Positions 26,834 through 37,202 of a stretch of 64,000 nt of DNA are shown here, piece by piece. The stretch covers positions 10,563 through 74,562 of the IMG/VR virus record IMGVR_UViG_3300050821_013910; one strand, 5' to 3'. The position numbers were made by a program, and so were the translations under genes. The DNA comes from a virus. The notes beneath the pieces are model-generated. The model did not search any database and was not told the DNA's origin. It worked only from the letters and a program-made list of their open reading frames with translations. Positions within the stretch are counted from its first letter, which is position 1; each line of letters begins with the position of its first letter.

Positions 26834-29817
26834 GAAAGACCCTCCGCGTCGTAGTTCTCTGCCTTCTCGGCCTCCTTGGCCTTCTCTGTCTATCCGCCTT
26901 GGCCCAAATCCCCTCCGGTTTCGTCCAGACCACGGCCACGGTCCCCTCCCTGGCCAACGCCCAGATGACCGCCTCCTGGACCAACCTCTCCACCTCCCAG
27001 CAGCTTCCTCTCCTGGGCGGCTCGTCCACCTTCCAGACCGCCGTCTCCTCCCGGCTCGACTCCAACGGCCACTTCTCGATCCTCCTCGCCGACACTGGGC
27101 AGATCATCCCGACTCCCTCGACCTGGACATTCAACTTCATCTTCGCCTGTCCCTCCTCCACCACCTCCGGACCAGGCGGCTTCTTTGTCTCGGTCGCAGT
27201 CACGGGCGGCGGCGGGACCCAGGACATCTCCGCCCAAATCACCGCCGCCCTCCCGGCCAACCCCTGCGGGACCCTCCCCACCGCCCCCGCGGCCCCTCTG
27301 ACCCCTACCCAGTTCGGTGCCAAGGGGAACGCGGTGGTGGTGCTGGACGGGAACAACACAGGCGGATCAGCCGTCCTCACCACCACCTCCTCGACCCCGT
27401 TCAACTGCCCGGGTGACATTGGCAAGCCAATCGGGATCACCGGCGCAGGCCCCTACTCGACTGCCAATCACAACCTCGCCGACCAGCTCATCCCGACCAC
27501 GTTTGTCTCGACCATCCTGTCCTGCCAGTCGCCCAGTCAGGTAACCCTCGCCGCCGCCACTCCCTCGAACTCCGGAGTGGTAACCTCCCTGACCTACACT
27601 TCTGGCATCACGGCAACCGGCTCGACCAACCAGACCTGCCTACTCACCGGGTTCAACAACGGCTGGACCGGGGGGACTGGCACCATCGCCCTCACCGGCA
27701 CCAACACCATCGCCTCTGGGACCCCCATCCTGATCACCCTCCAGGGTTCCCCGGCCTCCCCCGGGCCGACCTCGGCCACCGCCGGCAGCGGCACCGCCAC
27801 CTGCTCCGGCACGGCCACCCTGACCTCCACTCTCGCTCCCACCTCAGTCGCCAACCAGTGGACGGCGTTCGGTACCGACGACACCGCCGCGATCCGAGCC
27901 TGCATCGCGGCCGGGACCAACCTCGGCGGCCAGTGCTACCTCAGCGACGGCCTGACCTTCATGGCCTCCAGCACCACCACTACCATCCTCCTCTCCAGCG
28001 CCTCGGGGATCGAAGGGGGAGTGGTCGGAGGGTTCGGGAAGATCATCTTCATGCCGCAGGGGACTCTGACCGGAGGCACGAACGATCGCTTCCTCTTCCT
28101 CCTGTCCAATATCGTCAGCTCCTCCTGCACCTCGGGCGGCGGCGGCATCTACGTCAACGTCTGCGCGATCACCTCCGCCCCGCTCGCCAAGGGTGCCACC
28201 TCCTTCACTGCCTCCGCGGCCGACGGCGCCCTCCTCTCCCCGGGTCAGTGGGCCATCGTAGAGGAGGTCTACTCCCCCGGCGGCTGCTGCAACTATATCG
28301 ACTGGGTGAAGGTCGCCTCGGTCAGCACGGTCGGCGGAACGGCCACCATCACCCTCGACAAGCCTCTCGAAATGGCCTTCCCCCAAGACACCAACAACTC
28401 CATCCCCGACGTCGTGGGGTTCCGCCCGGTGACCGCCCTGGCCTCCCACCTGACCCTGCGCGATTTCACCCTCATCACGCCTCCGATGTACGACGCTGCC
28501 CAAGGCCGCCGCCCCAACTCGATCAACACCCAGGGGACCTACGGCCTGCTGATCAAGAATGTGAAGTGTTGGAACGCGGCCAAGAACTGCCTGGCCACCG
28601 ACTACGACAACGCGATGAAAGTCGAGGACAACTACTGGCATATCGAGGGGACCGGGACCGAGATCGCCAACACCGTCCACGCGATCATCACCGGGAATCA
28701 CTTCGTCAAGGAGCCCTCCTCGATCAACCAGAAACAGTCAGCCTGCACCGGCGGCTCCTCCCCCTCCGGCCTGAACGTCGACCTCGCCACCGCCTTCTCC
28801 TCGATCGACAACAACCAGGTGGATGGCTGCCAGGTCGGGCAGTACTCGCTCCAGGGCGCCCACGACAACACTTACTCGCACAACCAGTACTCGTGGCTGG
28901 CGGGCTCGACGGCCGGCACCTCCTGCGTGATCGCCCAGGGCGGGTACAACAATGTCTTCGCCGAGAACAACTGCGTCGGAGCAACCGTCTCCGGGTCGAA
29001 CGGATTCGATGTGACCGACGTGGCCGCCAATCCCTCTCTGAAGTCCAACAACAACCTGATCCTGTTCAACACGGTAGACCCGGCGACCTTCACCCATCCC
29101 TACGTCGTGACCGGCTCCCTCGGCACCGACTGCTACTCCTACCTCTCCGGGGGCGACGTCGTCGGCACCTGCCTGATCTCCCCCTCCGGCACCAACACTT
29201 TCTCCGGCACCAACACTTTCGCCAACAACGCCGACTCGACCTACAACGCCATCATCCTGCAGTCCGGCAAGACGGCCACCCAGGTCACCAACCTCTACTT
29301 CTCCGACTACAACGGGACCCAGGAGTGGGACCTGGAGAAGGATGCGACCAACGGATTCCGCATCCGCAACGCCATCACCAACTTCGCCAACCTCCTCTTC
29401 AGCCAGGCGACCGGCCAGACCACGCTCAACGCCGTTGGATCAAGCAATATCTGTTTCAACTGTGTAGCCAGTTCGGGGACCTTGGGCGCGGTGTTCGGAA
29501 ACGGAACCGCCTCCTCCAACGTCGCCTCGATTGACGGCACCGGCCTCGCCAAGTTCTCCGCCGGCATCGACCTCAGCGGCGGCACCGGAGGGATGAAGCT
29601 CAAGGATCAAGGTCAGTGCACGATGTCGACCGGGACCTGCTCCGCGCAGACTCTCGGCCACACCTACGCGACCCCTCCGCTGTGCACGGTAACCTGGACT
29701 GGGACGGGGACTCTGGCCGGGTCGACCAAGGTCGCCTCGACCACTACCACCGTCACGCCATCCAGTAGCGTCGGCACTGATACTGCGCTGGTGAACTGGC
29801 TGTGCTTCGGGAACTAG
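26830..29817 (+). CDS. tail spike/fibre-like protein with parallel beta-helix (pectate lyase-like) domain and N-terminal signal peptide
   Basis: FGAKGN...GTDDTAAIRACI motif, Asn-ladder repeats; MRKTLRVVVLCLLGLLGLLCLSALA|Q. Confidence 0.65.
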   Translation: MRKTLRVVVLCLLGLLGLLCLSALAQIPSGFVQTTATVPSLANAQMTASWTNLSTSQQLPLLGGSSTFQTAVSSRLDSNGHFSILLADTGQIIPTPSTWTFNFIFACPSSTTSGPGGFFVSVAVTGGGGTQDISAQITAALPANPCGTLPTAPAAPLTPTQFGAKGNAVVVLDGNNTGGSAVLTTTSSTPFNCPGDIGKPIGITGAGPYSTANHNLADQLIPTTFVSTILSCQSPSQVTLAAATPSNSGVVTSLTYTSGITATGSTNQTCLLTGFNNGWTGGTGTIALTGTNTIASGTPILITLQGSPASPGPTSATAGSGTATCSGTATLTSTLAPTSVANQWTAFGTDDTAAIRACIAAGTNLGGQCYLSDGLTFMASSTTTTILLSSASGIEGGVVGGFGKIIFMPQGTLTGGTNDRFLFLLSNIVSSSCTSGGGGIYVNVCAITSAPLAKGATSFTASAADGALLSPGQWAIVEEVYSPGGCCNYIDWVKVASVSTVGGTATITLDKPLEMAFPQDTNNSIPDVVGFRPVTALASHLTLRDFTLITPPMYDAAQGRRPNSINTQGTYGLLIKNVKCWNAAKNCLATDYDNAMKVEDNYWHIEGTGTEIANTVHAIITGNHFVKEPSSINQKQSACTGGSSPSGLNVDLATAFSSIDNNQVDGCQVGQYSLQGAHDNTYSHNQYSWLAGSTAGTSCVIAQGGYNNVFAENNCVGATVSGSNGFDVTDVAANPSLKSNNNLILFNTVDPATFTHPYVVTGSLGTDCYSYLSGGDVVGTCLISPSGTNTFSGTNTFANNADSTYNAIILQSGKTATQVTNLYFSDYNGTQEWDLEKDATNGFRIRNAITNFANLLFSQATGQTTLNAVGSSNICFNCVASSGTLGAVFGNGTASSNVASIDGTGLAKFSAGIDLSGGTGGMKLKDQGQCTMSTGTCSAQTLGHTYATPPLCTVTWTGTGTLAGSTKVASTTTTVTPSSSVGTDTALVNWLCFGN

Positions 29818-29840
29818 GAAGAGGAGGAGGATTGCAACTA

Positions 29841-32800
29841 ATGCGCAGACTGGCAATCTCGACAATCCCGTTCGTCCTGCTGGGCGCAGTCCTATCCCTC
29901 GCCCTCGCCCTCTCTGCCCCGGCCCAAATCCCCAAAGGCTTCGTCCAGACTACCGGGACCATCACCGCGCTGGCCAACGGGAAGTACCAGGCCTCCTGGA
30001 CCAACCTCTCGTCCTCCTCCCAGCTCCCCCTCCTCGGCGGCGTCTCGACCTTCCAACAAACCGTCAGCGGGTCCCTCGACGGGAACGGCTTCTTCTCTGT
30101 TCTCCTTGCCGACACCTCCCAGGTCACCCCCTCCCCCTCGACTTGGACCTTCAGCTTCACCTACAACTGCCCTCCGACCAACACCGGATTCACGGTCCAG
30201 GTGGCGGTGGTCGGCGGCGGGGGGACCGAGGACATATCCAGTCAGGTCATCGCGGCCCTGCCTTCCAATCCCTGTAGCGGCGGAAGCGGAGGTCAGGGGA
30301 CGGTCAACCCCGGTCAGCTCGCCTTGGCACAGTACCCTAAAACCTCCCAAACGGTAGTCAGCCCAGCCAACTTCACCTACGACGCGGCGACCGGAAACAA
30401 CCTGACCATCCCGGCCAACACATACCTGGCCTCGTCGGTCGGCGGCGCTCAGCCCCTGCTCGACATCCGCCACCCTTCGTTCTCTGGGGGGGCGGTGTGC
30501 GACAACTCCACCGACATCGGGCCGGCACTGCAAGCGGCCATCACCGCTTTACCATCAACCGGTGGGGAGATCCTTATTCCCGGATCACCCACGCCCTGCT
30601 ACTGGAACCCGGGAACTAGTCCTCTATCGGGTTTGACGAGCAAGACGGGCGCGGTAACGTTCTATGTGCAGGGGCAATTACACACCGAGACCACGATCGA
30701 AATTCCCAACACCAGCAACAAGGTGAACTTTATCGGTCGCTCGGGAGCGGCGGGGCAATCCTTCCAGGGGCCAGGACAAGCGGCGGTCATTGTGGTTCGC
30801 CCCAAGAGCAAGAACGGATACTACTCGGGAACTCTCGGAACGGCTGTCAGCACCACGCCGGGAGTCGGTTCGGTTGTGACCTTCACCCCGCCGGGCGGCA
30901 TCGTCGGTCTCTACGCCAACACGACTATCACCGTTGGGGAAACCATCTCCTGCTCCTTGGCGTCCGTCTCCAGAGCTTCAGGCAAGGTCACAGCCTCCAT
31001 CTCCTCGGCTTGCCATATCCCTCCCAACATGCCGGTAACGGTGGCGGGCGTGACTGACTCCAGCTTCAATGGCGCTTTCGCCGGTGGAGGGTTCCCGCAG
31101 AACTTCGTCGTCACCGCGCAGGACTACTGCGGAGGCAGCGTGGCGACCTGCAACACCGCCACAACTCTGGTGTGGAACCAGACCGGCGCAACCGCAACAT
31201 CAAGTGGCGGAACGGTGACGGGATTCAACGAAGATCTGTTCGAGAACGTGCACATTACCTCCTGCGCCACCACGACCTGCACCGCCACCTTCTACCGCTC
31301 CCACGCCTCCACTGCGCAGTGGGCAATTGACGGCATCGATATCGATGATGTGGCAGGCGACAGCAAACTGTTTAAGGATTTCCGTGTGGTGGCTGACGGA
31401 ACCGGCATTTTCGATGAAGCCGACTTCAAGACAACATTTGAGAACATCGGCATCGGCTCGACGCAGAACTGCAACGGGAATGTGGTCAACTGGCCTTTTG
31501 CCGAGGGACTGGGATCGTTCATCACCCTGCGAAACGTCGGCTTCGACACGGGCTGCAACGCATGGGGAATCAGGATGTATCAGCCCTTCCCCAACTCGGG
31601 AGGTGGCAGCGGGCCGATGACGGTTAAGGATTACTCCTACGTCATGGGCGGAGTGAAGATGGACTCCGGAGCCGCCGGCCTGGTCCTCGACAACATGACC
31701 TGTGAGCAGTGCGGCAGAGGCGTAGTCCAGATCGACCCCACCAACTACGTGACCGGAATCCAGCAGATCGTTACGCTCAGCAACGAGGTCGGGGTGCAGG
31801 ACAACGGCAACGGCACAGACGGATGCTCGATCTATCAACTTACTCCGGTGCTGACGGGAACACAACTTGCCCGCCCGATCGTCAGCCTCAACTCGCTTGG
31901 GTCTAACTTCTGCGTCACCAATCAGTGGTTCACGGGCAAGTTGAACAATCAAAGCCCCCAGTTCACGTCCAGCTACGACACCACCACCAACCCAGGCATT
32001 CGGGGCACATTCAACGATGGGCTGACGACTGACTCCGACGACAGAGGGAGAGCGTCGGGAATGGGGCCGTCCGTTATTCCCTACGCCACCCTGAACACCG
32101 TTACCAGCCCGGCAAGCTGGCCCACCTCCTCTTGCAGCGTGGCGACCGGGACGATGGCCCCTGACGGCACGCTGACCGCTGGAACCCTCACCAAGGCTTC
32201 TGGCTCAGGTTCAAGCATGGTCCTCTCCTACACCTTCACTCCCGCCGTGGGAGACTACTTTATCGCCGGGGTATGGGTCTACGACAGCGCCGACACCAAG
32301 TCCGATAACGCCGGAGGCGAAGCGATGCTGGCAGACAACGCCGGCAGCTCTCACTACGGTTGGGACGCGGGGTCTCAGGCCAACAGCAACGCCAGCGATT
32401 CCCAGCAGACGGATGACTGGTATCACCCTGTTGTCTGGGTTGCGCATGTGGCAACTTCGGACGGAACCTCCGGACAGCTAGCCAGATTCTTCCTTACCTG
32501 CGCCGCCGGATTCACCCAGAATTACTGGCAGCCTTTTGTCATCTATATCCCCGCCTCGGCCAACGTCCCGTTGCGGGAGATCAATCGCTGGCGTCAGCAG
32601 TTGATGCACGGCGCGGTTCCACCGAACTGGAACAATCCGGGCGTGGCGGTGACGGCTGAACCTCTAGTGGCGAGTTCCCTAAACGTTTTTCCTGGCCGAG
32701 GCGGAACCTTTGTCTGCACGGCCGGCGGAACGATCACCATCGCCAACACCAACGAGCTAGCGACCTCCGATGTAATCTTCAGTCTGAACACTGCGGGAGG

Positions 32801-32909
32801 AACAATCACCACGCCCCCGGCAATGAAAACCGTAACCGCAGGGACAGGATTCGCCGTGTTGTGCGGAGCGAGCGACACGAGCACCTACAACTACGTCATT
32901 TTGAATTGA
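29841..32909 (+). CDS. second tail spike/fibre-like beta-helix protein with signal peptide
   Basis: GAVCDNSTDIGPALQAAI..GGEILIP motif; N-terminal domain paralogous to the previous gene. Confidence 0.65.
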   Translation: MRRLAISTIPFVLLGAVLSLALALSAPAQIPKGFVQTTGTITALANGKYQASWTNLSSSSQLPLLGGVSTFQQTVSGSLDGNGFFSVLLADTSQVTPSPSTWTFSFTYNCPPTNTGFTVQVAVVGGGGTEDISSQVIAALPSNPCSGGSGGQGTVNPGQLALAQYPKTSQTVVSPANFTYDAATGNNLTIPANTYLASSVGGAQPLLDIRHPSFSGGAVCDNSTDIGPALQAAITALPSTGGEILIPGSPTPCYWNPGTSPLSGLTSKTGAVTFYVQGQLHTETTIEIPNTSNKVNFIGRSGAAGQSFQGPGQAAVIVVRPKSKNGYYSGTLGTAVSTTPGVGSVVTFTPPGGIVGLYANTTITVGETISCSLASVSRASGKVTASISSACHIPPNMPVTVAGVTDSSFNGAFAGGGFPQNFVVTAQDYCGGSVATCNTATTLVWNQTGATATSSGGTVTGFNEDLFENVHITSCATTTCTATFYRSHASTAQWAIDGIDIDDVAGDSKLFKDFRVVADGTGIFDEADFKTTFENIGIGSTQNCNGNVVNWPFAEGLGSFITLRNVGFDTGCNAWGIRMYQPFPNSGGGSGPMTVKDYSYVMGGVKMDSGAAGLVLDNMTCEQCGRGVVQIDPTNYVTGIQQIVTLSNEVGVQDNGNGTDGCSIYQLTPVLTGTQLARPIVSLNSLGSNFCVTNQWFTGKLNNQSPQFTSSYDTTTNPGIRGTFNDGLTTDSDDRGRASGMGPSVIPYATLNTVTSPASWPTSSCSVATGTMAPDGTLTAGTLTKASGSGSSMVLSYTFTPAVGDYFIAGVWVYDSADTKSDNAGGEAMLADNAGSSHYGWDAGSQANSNASDSQQTDDWYHPVVWVAHVATSDGTSGQLARFFLTCAAGFTQNYWQPFVIYIPASANVPLREINRWRQQLMHGAVPPNWNNPGVAVTAEPLVASSLNVFPGRGGTFVCTAGGTITIANTNELATSDVIFSLNTAGGTITTPPAMKTVTAGTGFAVLCGASDTSTYNYVILN

Positions 32910-32917
32910 GGACATCC

Positions 32918-34252
32918 ATGCGCAAGAGTTTATTCGTGCTAACGCCGCTGGCCACCCTGGTCACCCTGGCCACTGTCGCGGCTTATCCTCAGGCCCTCAC
33001 CTACACCCCTCCCCAGATCAGCGCCTACAAATGGACTGGCAGCGCGTGGACGGCGGCGACCTCGACGGCGACTTCAGGCGCGATCACCTTTACTCCCCCT
33101 CCGGCGGCGCTCTACTGTTTCAATTCCAGCCTCGGAGCCTCGGGGCAGTGGGTGCCGGCGGACTCGTCCTGTTTCGGCGGTGGTGGGGGATCGGGGACGG
33201 TTACCAGCGTGGCCTTGGTGGGCAGCGGGACTCTTTTCAGCGCCACTCCCGGGACCGCCGTCACAACCTCCGGCACCCTCAATGTCGATTCCCAACTCCA
33301 GACGCAGAGCGCCAACTGCATCGTCTCCGGGCCTACTACAGGCTCTGCTGCAACACCGACCTGCCGCGCGCTGGTCAACGCCGACTTCCCCGGCACTCTT
33401 GCGCCGACAATCAGCGCGGCCAATTTGACCGGCTTCCCAACGTTTAACCAAAACACTACAGGCAGCGCCGGCAGCGTGACCAACGCCCTGACGCTCAACA
33501 ACAGCAACTCCGGAGCGGCTTCGGGCACAACCTACAACGGAAGCGGGGCGGTGACGCTTTCGGCCAACACTCTAGGCGCAGGGTCGCTGACGAATGCTAA
33601 CTCATGGTCGGCCGCACAGACCATCACCGTAGCTGGTGCTGCTTCGACACCCAATATTTTCGACACCGGCTCAGTGTTCACAGGCGGATCGACAACCACA
33701 ACTGCTCCGCACTGGCTAATTCAGCCAGCCTCAGTAACGGGAGGAGCGATCTGGAGCACATCAGGAACCGGGTTGGGAATGAACTTTGCGTCGGGGTTTG
33801 TCGGCAATACGATCGACATCCATGTAAACAACGGCGGCTCGACATTCAAAGCCGACGGAAGCGGTAACCTGACCGTTACGGGCGGATTGAACGGAGCCAG
33901 TGTCACAGCAACCGGAACGCTCAAAGGAGCGAAGCTTGCCAGCTCCACAAATTGCGCAAGCGGGGCCTCTCCTGCGGTCTGCGGATCGGCCATGTCGGGA
34001 TCGGCTGCGATGCCAACCGGAACGAATCCAACTCTGGTTGTTAATACCACAGCCGTCTCCGCCGCCAGTGAGATTCTAATCACCGTAGACGATTCAGTCA
34101 CGATCGGCGGGACAACATGTAATAGTACCCTGGCTACTCTCGTAGGAGGGATGGCCGTAACAGCGCGCACGGCAGCCACCAGTTTTACAGTGAGCTACAA
34201 CGGAACCATTGCCGTCAATCCTGTTTGTTTTAGTTACCAGATAATCAATTAG
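32918..34252 (+). CDS. third fibre-like S/T/G-rich protein with signal peptide
   Basis: GGGGGSGTVTSV, SGPTTGSAATPTCRALV and FPTFNQNTTG fibre-type repeats. Confidence 0.6.
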   Translation: MRKSLFVLTPLATLVTLATVAAYPQALTYTPPQISAYKWTGSAWTAATSTATSGAITFTPPPAALYCFNSSLGASGQWVPADSSCFGGGGGSGTVTSVALVGSGTLFSATPGTAVTTSGTLNVDSQLQTQSANCIVSGPTTGSAATPTCRALVNADFPGTLAPTISAANLTGFPTFNQNTTGSAGSVTNALTLNNSNSGAASGTTYNGSGAVTLSANTLGAGSLTNANSWSAAQTITVAGAASTPNIFDTGSVFTGGSTTTTAPHWLIQPASVTGGAIWSTSGTGLGMNFASGFVGNTIDIHVNNGGSTFKADGSGNLTVTGGLNGASVTATGTLKGAKLASSTNCASGASPAVCGSAMSGSAAMPTGTNPTLVVNTTAVSAASEILITVDDSVTIGGTTCNSTLATLVGGMAVTARTAATSFTVSYNGTIAVNPVCFSYQIIN

Positions 34253-34419
34253 CCGTACGGAGGACAATGACCAACGGCGTTCACTGAAGGACGACAGTAT
34301 TAGCGGTGCTCTCTCTCTCTCTTCGATGGTTCTGACCCTCGCCCCCGTGGGAGCACAGAAATCACCGTCCGACCATAATCGCACTACACGGTCCACGAGG
34401 AGACTAGGAGACTGGGTGA

Positions 34420-34548
34420 ATGTCCTACAAACCTCCCAACCCGCCAAGCCGCCGACCCGCCAAGCCGCGGCGCTTCCGCTGGACCTTCTGGGCCGGCCTC
34501 GCGGTGCTGGCGGCGTGGCTGTACTTGCTGTGGTGGTTGCTGAAGTAA
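34420..34548 (+). CDS. small single-pass membrane protein (42 aa, not in ORF track)
   Basis: AGGAG SD; MSYKPP...RRFRWTFWAGLAVLAAWLYLLWWLLK. Confidence 0.55.
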   Translation: MSYKPPNPPSRRPAKPRRFRWTFWAGLAVLAAWLYLLWWLLK

Positions 34549-34616
34549 TACAAACTAAAGTGGTAGCGGCGAGTGTGTCCAATGTCACATATCCCTAGAG
34601 TCAAAGGAGGCCGATA

Positions 34617-34916
34617 ATGGATCGAGACAAGCCAACTCCCAACGCTGACGAGCTTAGTCCTATGGATAAAATGCAGTATTTTCACGACGCGAACCAGCGC
34701 CGTTTAGAAGCCTTGGAAGGGAACATGATGAAGGTGGTTGAGGGACTGGCGACGGTCGCCTCGAACACTTCCTGCATTCCCGCGCTCGTGAGCCGGATCG
34801 ACTCGCTCGAATCTGACCGGGACAAGGCCAAGGGCAGGAGCGACCTGCTGCTGTGGCTGTGCACGATCAACGGCGGGGGGCTTGGGGCGTGGGTGCTGGC
34901 GCACTGGAAGTGGTAG
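34617..34916 (+). CDS. coiled-coil protein with C-terminal TM (lysis-module type)
   Basis: AAGGAGG SD; coiled coil then hydrophobic tail. Confidence 0.6.
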   Translation: MDRDKPTPNADELSPMDKMQYFHDANQRRLEALEGNMMKVVEGLATVASNTSCIPALVSRIDSLESDRDKAKGRSDLLLWLCTINGGGLGAWVLAHWKW

Positions 34917-34975
34917 GTCAAGTGTCAAGCAGTATCAGGTAGTTAGGTAGATCAAATAGAAAGCTGGGCCAATAT

Positions 34976-35533
34976 ATGAGAAAGCTTCCCCTGTTCCTTC
35001 TTGTCGCTGTTATGGACGCTCTCTGCCTCCACGCGCAAACCTCTTACACGGTTCTCGGAGGAACGAACTGCGGGCCAGCCACGACAACCGTGTCGTGCGT
35101 AATTCTGATTCCACCCGCGAACGCTCTGGGAATCTATCCGAATATTCAAGTGTCATTCAACCCGCTCACCGGATTAGGGACGATCGAATTCGAGACATTT
35201 CAGTTGGTAGAGAACTCACCCAATGGTCCCAATCTTGGAGCGGGCACAATAAGTCTAGCAGCGCCTGTATTCCAGACCGTCACCTCGAATGGACAGACTA
35301 GCTACCAGATCACCGATCTTACAATCTATGGATATGGCTCCTATGTGCCCGCATCGGGCATCGCTCCTTGCCCTGGGCCAGATGCGCATGGGCAGCTTGA
35401 CCCTTCTCGATGCTGGGTGATCAAGCCAGCGACCCTGCATTTTTTGTATAGATCGGTATTTCATCAAGGCGGGACGTATACGTGGGAGCGTTCATTCAGG
35501 GCTGGGGAACTTACGTTTTCAGAGATTGAGTAG
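34976..35533 (+). CDS. secreted hypothetical protein
   Basis: Signal peptide MRKLPLFLLVAVMDALCLHA|Q; lower GC; Cys pairs. Confidence 0.6.
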   Translation: MRKLPLFLLVAVMDALCLHAQTSYTVLGGTNCGPATTTVSCVILIPPANALGIYPNIQVSFNPLTGLGTIEFETFQLVENSPNGPNLGAGTISLAAPVFQTVTSNGQTSYQITDLTIYGYGSYVPASGIAPCPGPDAHGQLDPSRCWVIKPATLHFLYRSVFHQGGTYTWERSFRAGELTFSEIE

Positions 35534-35693
35534 GTAAACTCAGAGGACAGAGCATGGGATATACGTTGGAAGTGTGGATGTACATCTTTCTGTTTCCGGC
35601 ATTCTGGCCCGTATATGCAGTTGCTGGTAGGTGGATTTGCACCCGCTGGCGAGGGCGGCGGGGGCCATAACGATCAACTGAAAGGAGTAGGCC

Positions 35694-35855
35694 ATGTCGA
35701 AGGACAACCCACCAATTCAACCGGACCCGAATAACCCGTCGCCGCTGCCGCAGAAGCCTCCGCCGCAGCCAGCAGTTGAGGAGCCCGCGCAGCCCCCCCA
35801 GCCCGACCCCGAGCCCGATCCTACTGAGGACGACGCCGATAGCCAGCCAGCCTGA
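35694..35855 (+). CDS. Pro/Asp-rich small protein (53 aa)
   Basis: AAGGAG SD; MSKDNPPIQPDPNNPSPLPQ... Confidence 0.5.
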   Translation: MSKDNPPIQPDPNNPSPLPQKPPPQPAVEEPAQPPQPDPEPDPTEDDADSQPA

Positions 35856-35886
35856 TCTAGGAGTATCCTGTTGTCAGCAATCCTAG

Positions 35887-36171
35887 TTGTACCTTGCTGT
35901 AGCTGCCGTGCCTGCAACACTTTCTCCCGATCCGCAAAAGGAGTCCTGTGTGCTCTATTGGCGCGAGGTCGAAGTCGGGGGAAGGGTCGAGCAGCGGGCC
36001 GCGGTCGAGTGCGGCGACGGCGTGACCTACGAGGGCAGGAAGGCCGCGGTCCAGATGCTGCTGAGCCGGGAGGACCTGCAGTGGCTCCGGCAGAACGCGC
36101 TGATGACCATGGACGATGGCGCCGGTGCCGGTGGGATGCTGACCGGCAGGCGCAATCGGGGTCCCCAGTGA
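35887..36171 (+). CDS. hypothetical protein (start uncertain)
   Basis: High GC3; GTGA overlap with next gene. Confidence 0.5.
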   Translation: MYLAVAAVPATLSPDPQKESCVLYWREVEVGGRVEQRAAVECGDGVTYEGRKAAVQMLLSREDLQWLRQNALMTMDDGAGAGGMLTGRRNRGPQ

Positions 36172-36398
36172 CGGCCACCATCTACGCGATCTACTGGTCG
36201 GCCATCGCCTCGCTGCTGATCGCCTTCTTCACCCTCTGGACGGGCAGCCAGGAACCCTACGAAAGGGACCGGAAGTACGCGCGGCAGTGGAGCTTGGGAT
36301 GGCTGTTGGTGTTCTGCCTGCTGCTGGCTGCAGGGGGAGCGGTGCTGATTTTCGACCCGGGGGACGCGGCGAGAATGGGAAGCGTTCACTCGCACTAA
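36168..36398 (+). CDS. two-TM membrane protein
   Basis: Two hydrophobic segments; GTG start. Confidence 0.55.
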   Translation: MTATIYAIYWSAIASLLIAFFTLWTGSQEPYERDRKYARQWSLGWLLVFCLLLAAGGAVLIFDPGDAARMGSVHSH

Positions 36399-36410
36399 AG
36401 GAGAAAGAGA

Positions 36411-36647
36411 ATGGCCAATTGGAAGACAACCGTAGCTGGAATCCTATCTGCGCTGATCGGCACAGCCGGCCCGCTCACCGCCTACCTTGCGACCCAGATG
36501 AGCCCCACCGCGACCAAGATCAGCGGGGGCGTTACCCTCGCCGCCGCCATCGCCCGGGTATGGGTGGGGATGCTGGAGAATGATGCCCCGCCTAACCCAC
36601 CGGCCGCGCCGCCCGCCGATCCTCAACCTGTCGTACCGAAACCGTAA
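36411..36647 (+). CDS. holin-like membrane protein
   Basis: NWKTTVAGILSAL start, two TM segments, AAGGAG SD. Confidence 0.55.
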   Translation: MANWKTTVAGILSALIGTAGPLTAYLATQMSPTATKISGGVTLAAAIARVWVGMLENDAPPNPPAAPPADPQPVVPKP

Positions 36648-36658
36648 GGAGAACTGAA

Positions 36659-37186
36659 ATGTGTCAGAACGCAGCTAAAACTGCCGCCTCCCTCCTAACC
36701 GCCATCGAACCCACCCTCAAGAGCCTCCTCGCCGCCACCGGGCAACTCACGACCGACGCAGGCAAGTCGGCCATTGCTGCCTACGACGCCGCGCTGGCCG
36801 CCCTCGAAACCTGGCAACCAGGCACCGTGGCCGATACCGTCCTCCAAGTCGTCGCGGCCTTCCAGGCAGCCTTCCAGACCGTCGCTGGCCTGATCCCCCC
36901 ACCCTACGGCACCCTGGTCAACATCATCCTCGCCGGGATCGAAGCCGTGCTGGGGGTGATCAAGGCGAACAGTCCCGCGCCGGCCGCGCCAGCCGGGACC
37001 TCCGCCCACGCCGAGACCCAGGCAATGTTCCAGGCGCATGTGGTAGCCGAAACCTCGGAGCGCGTCCAGGCCCTCGTGCCCCACTTCAAGCGCTCCATCT
37101 GGCACTCCCCGCAATACCAGTACACCAAGACTTGGAACGATGCGGTCACGGCGGCAGGGCTGCCCCAGACCATGCACGTCGCTTGA
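36659..37186 (+). CDS. Ala-rich helical protein (lysis module?)
   Basis: AAGGAG SD, high GC3, last gene before the terminator. Confidence 0.65.
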   Translation: MCQNAAKTAASLLTAIEPTLKSLLAATGQLTTDAGKSAIAAYDAALAALETWQPGTVADTVLQVVAAFQAAFQTVAGLIPPPYGTLVNIILAGIEAVLGVIKANSPAPAAPAGTSAHAETQAMFQAHVVAETSERVQALVPHFKRSIWHSPQYQYTKTWNDAVTAAGLPQTMHVA

Positions 37187-37202
37187 GACGTTGTTGCGAC
37201 TT

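Noticed and set aside
34267-34598. Phase-variable gene controlled by the (CT)7 tract at 34309-34322
   Set aside because: It would also need readthrough of TGA 34285, and a better-supported small ORF (34420..34548) overlaps it.
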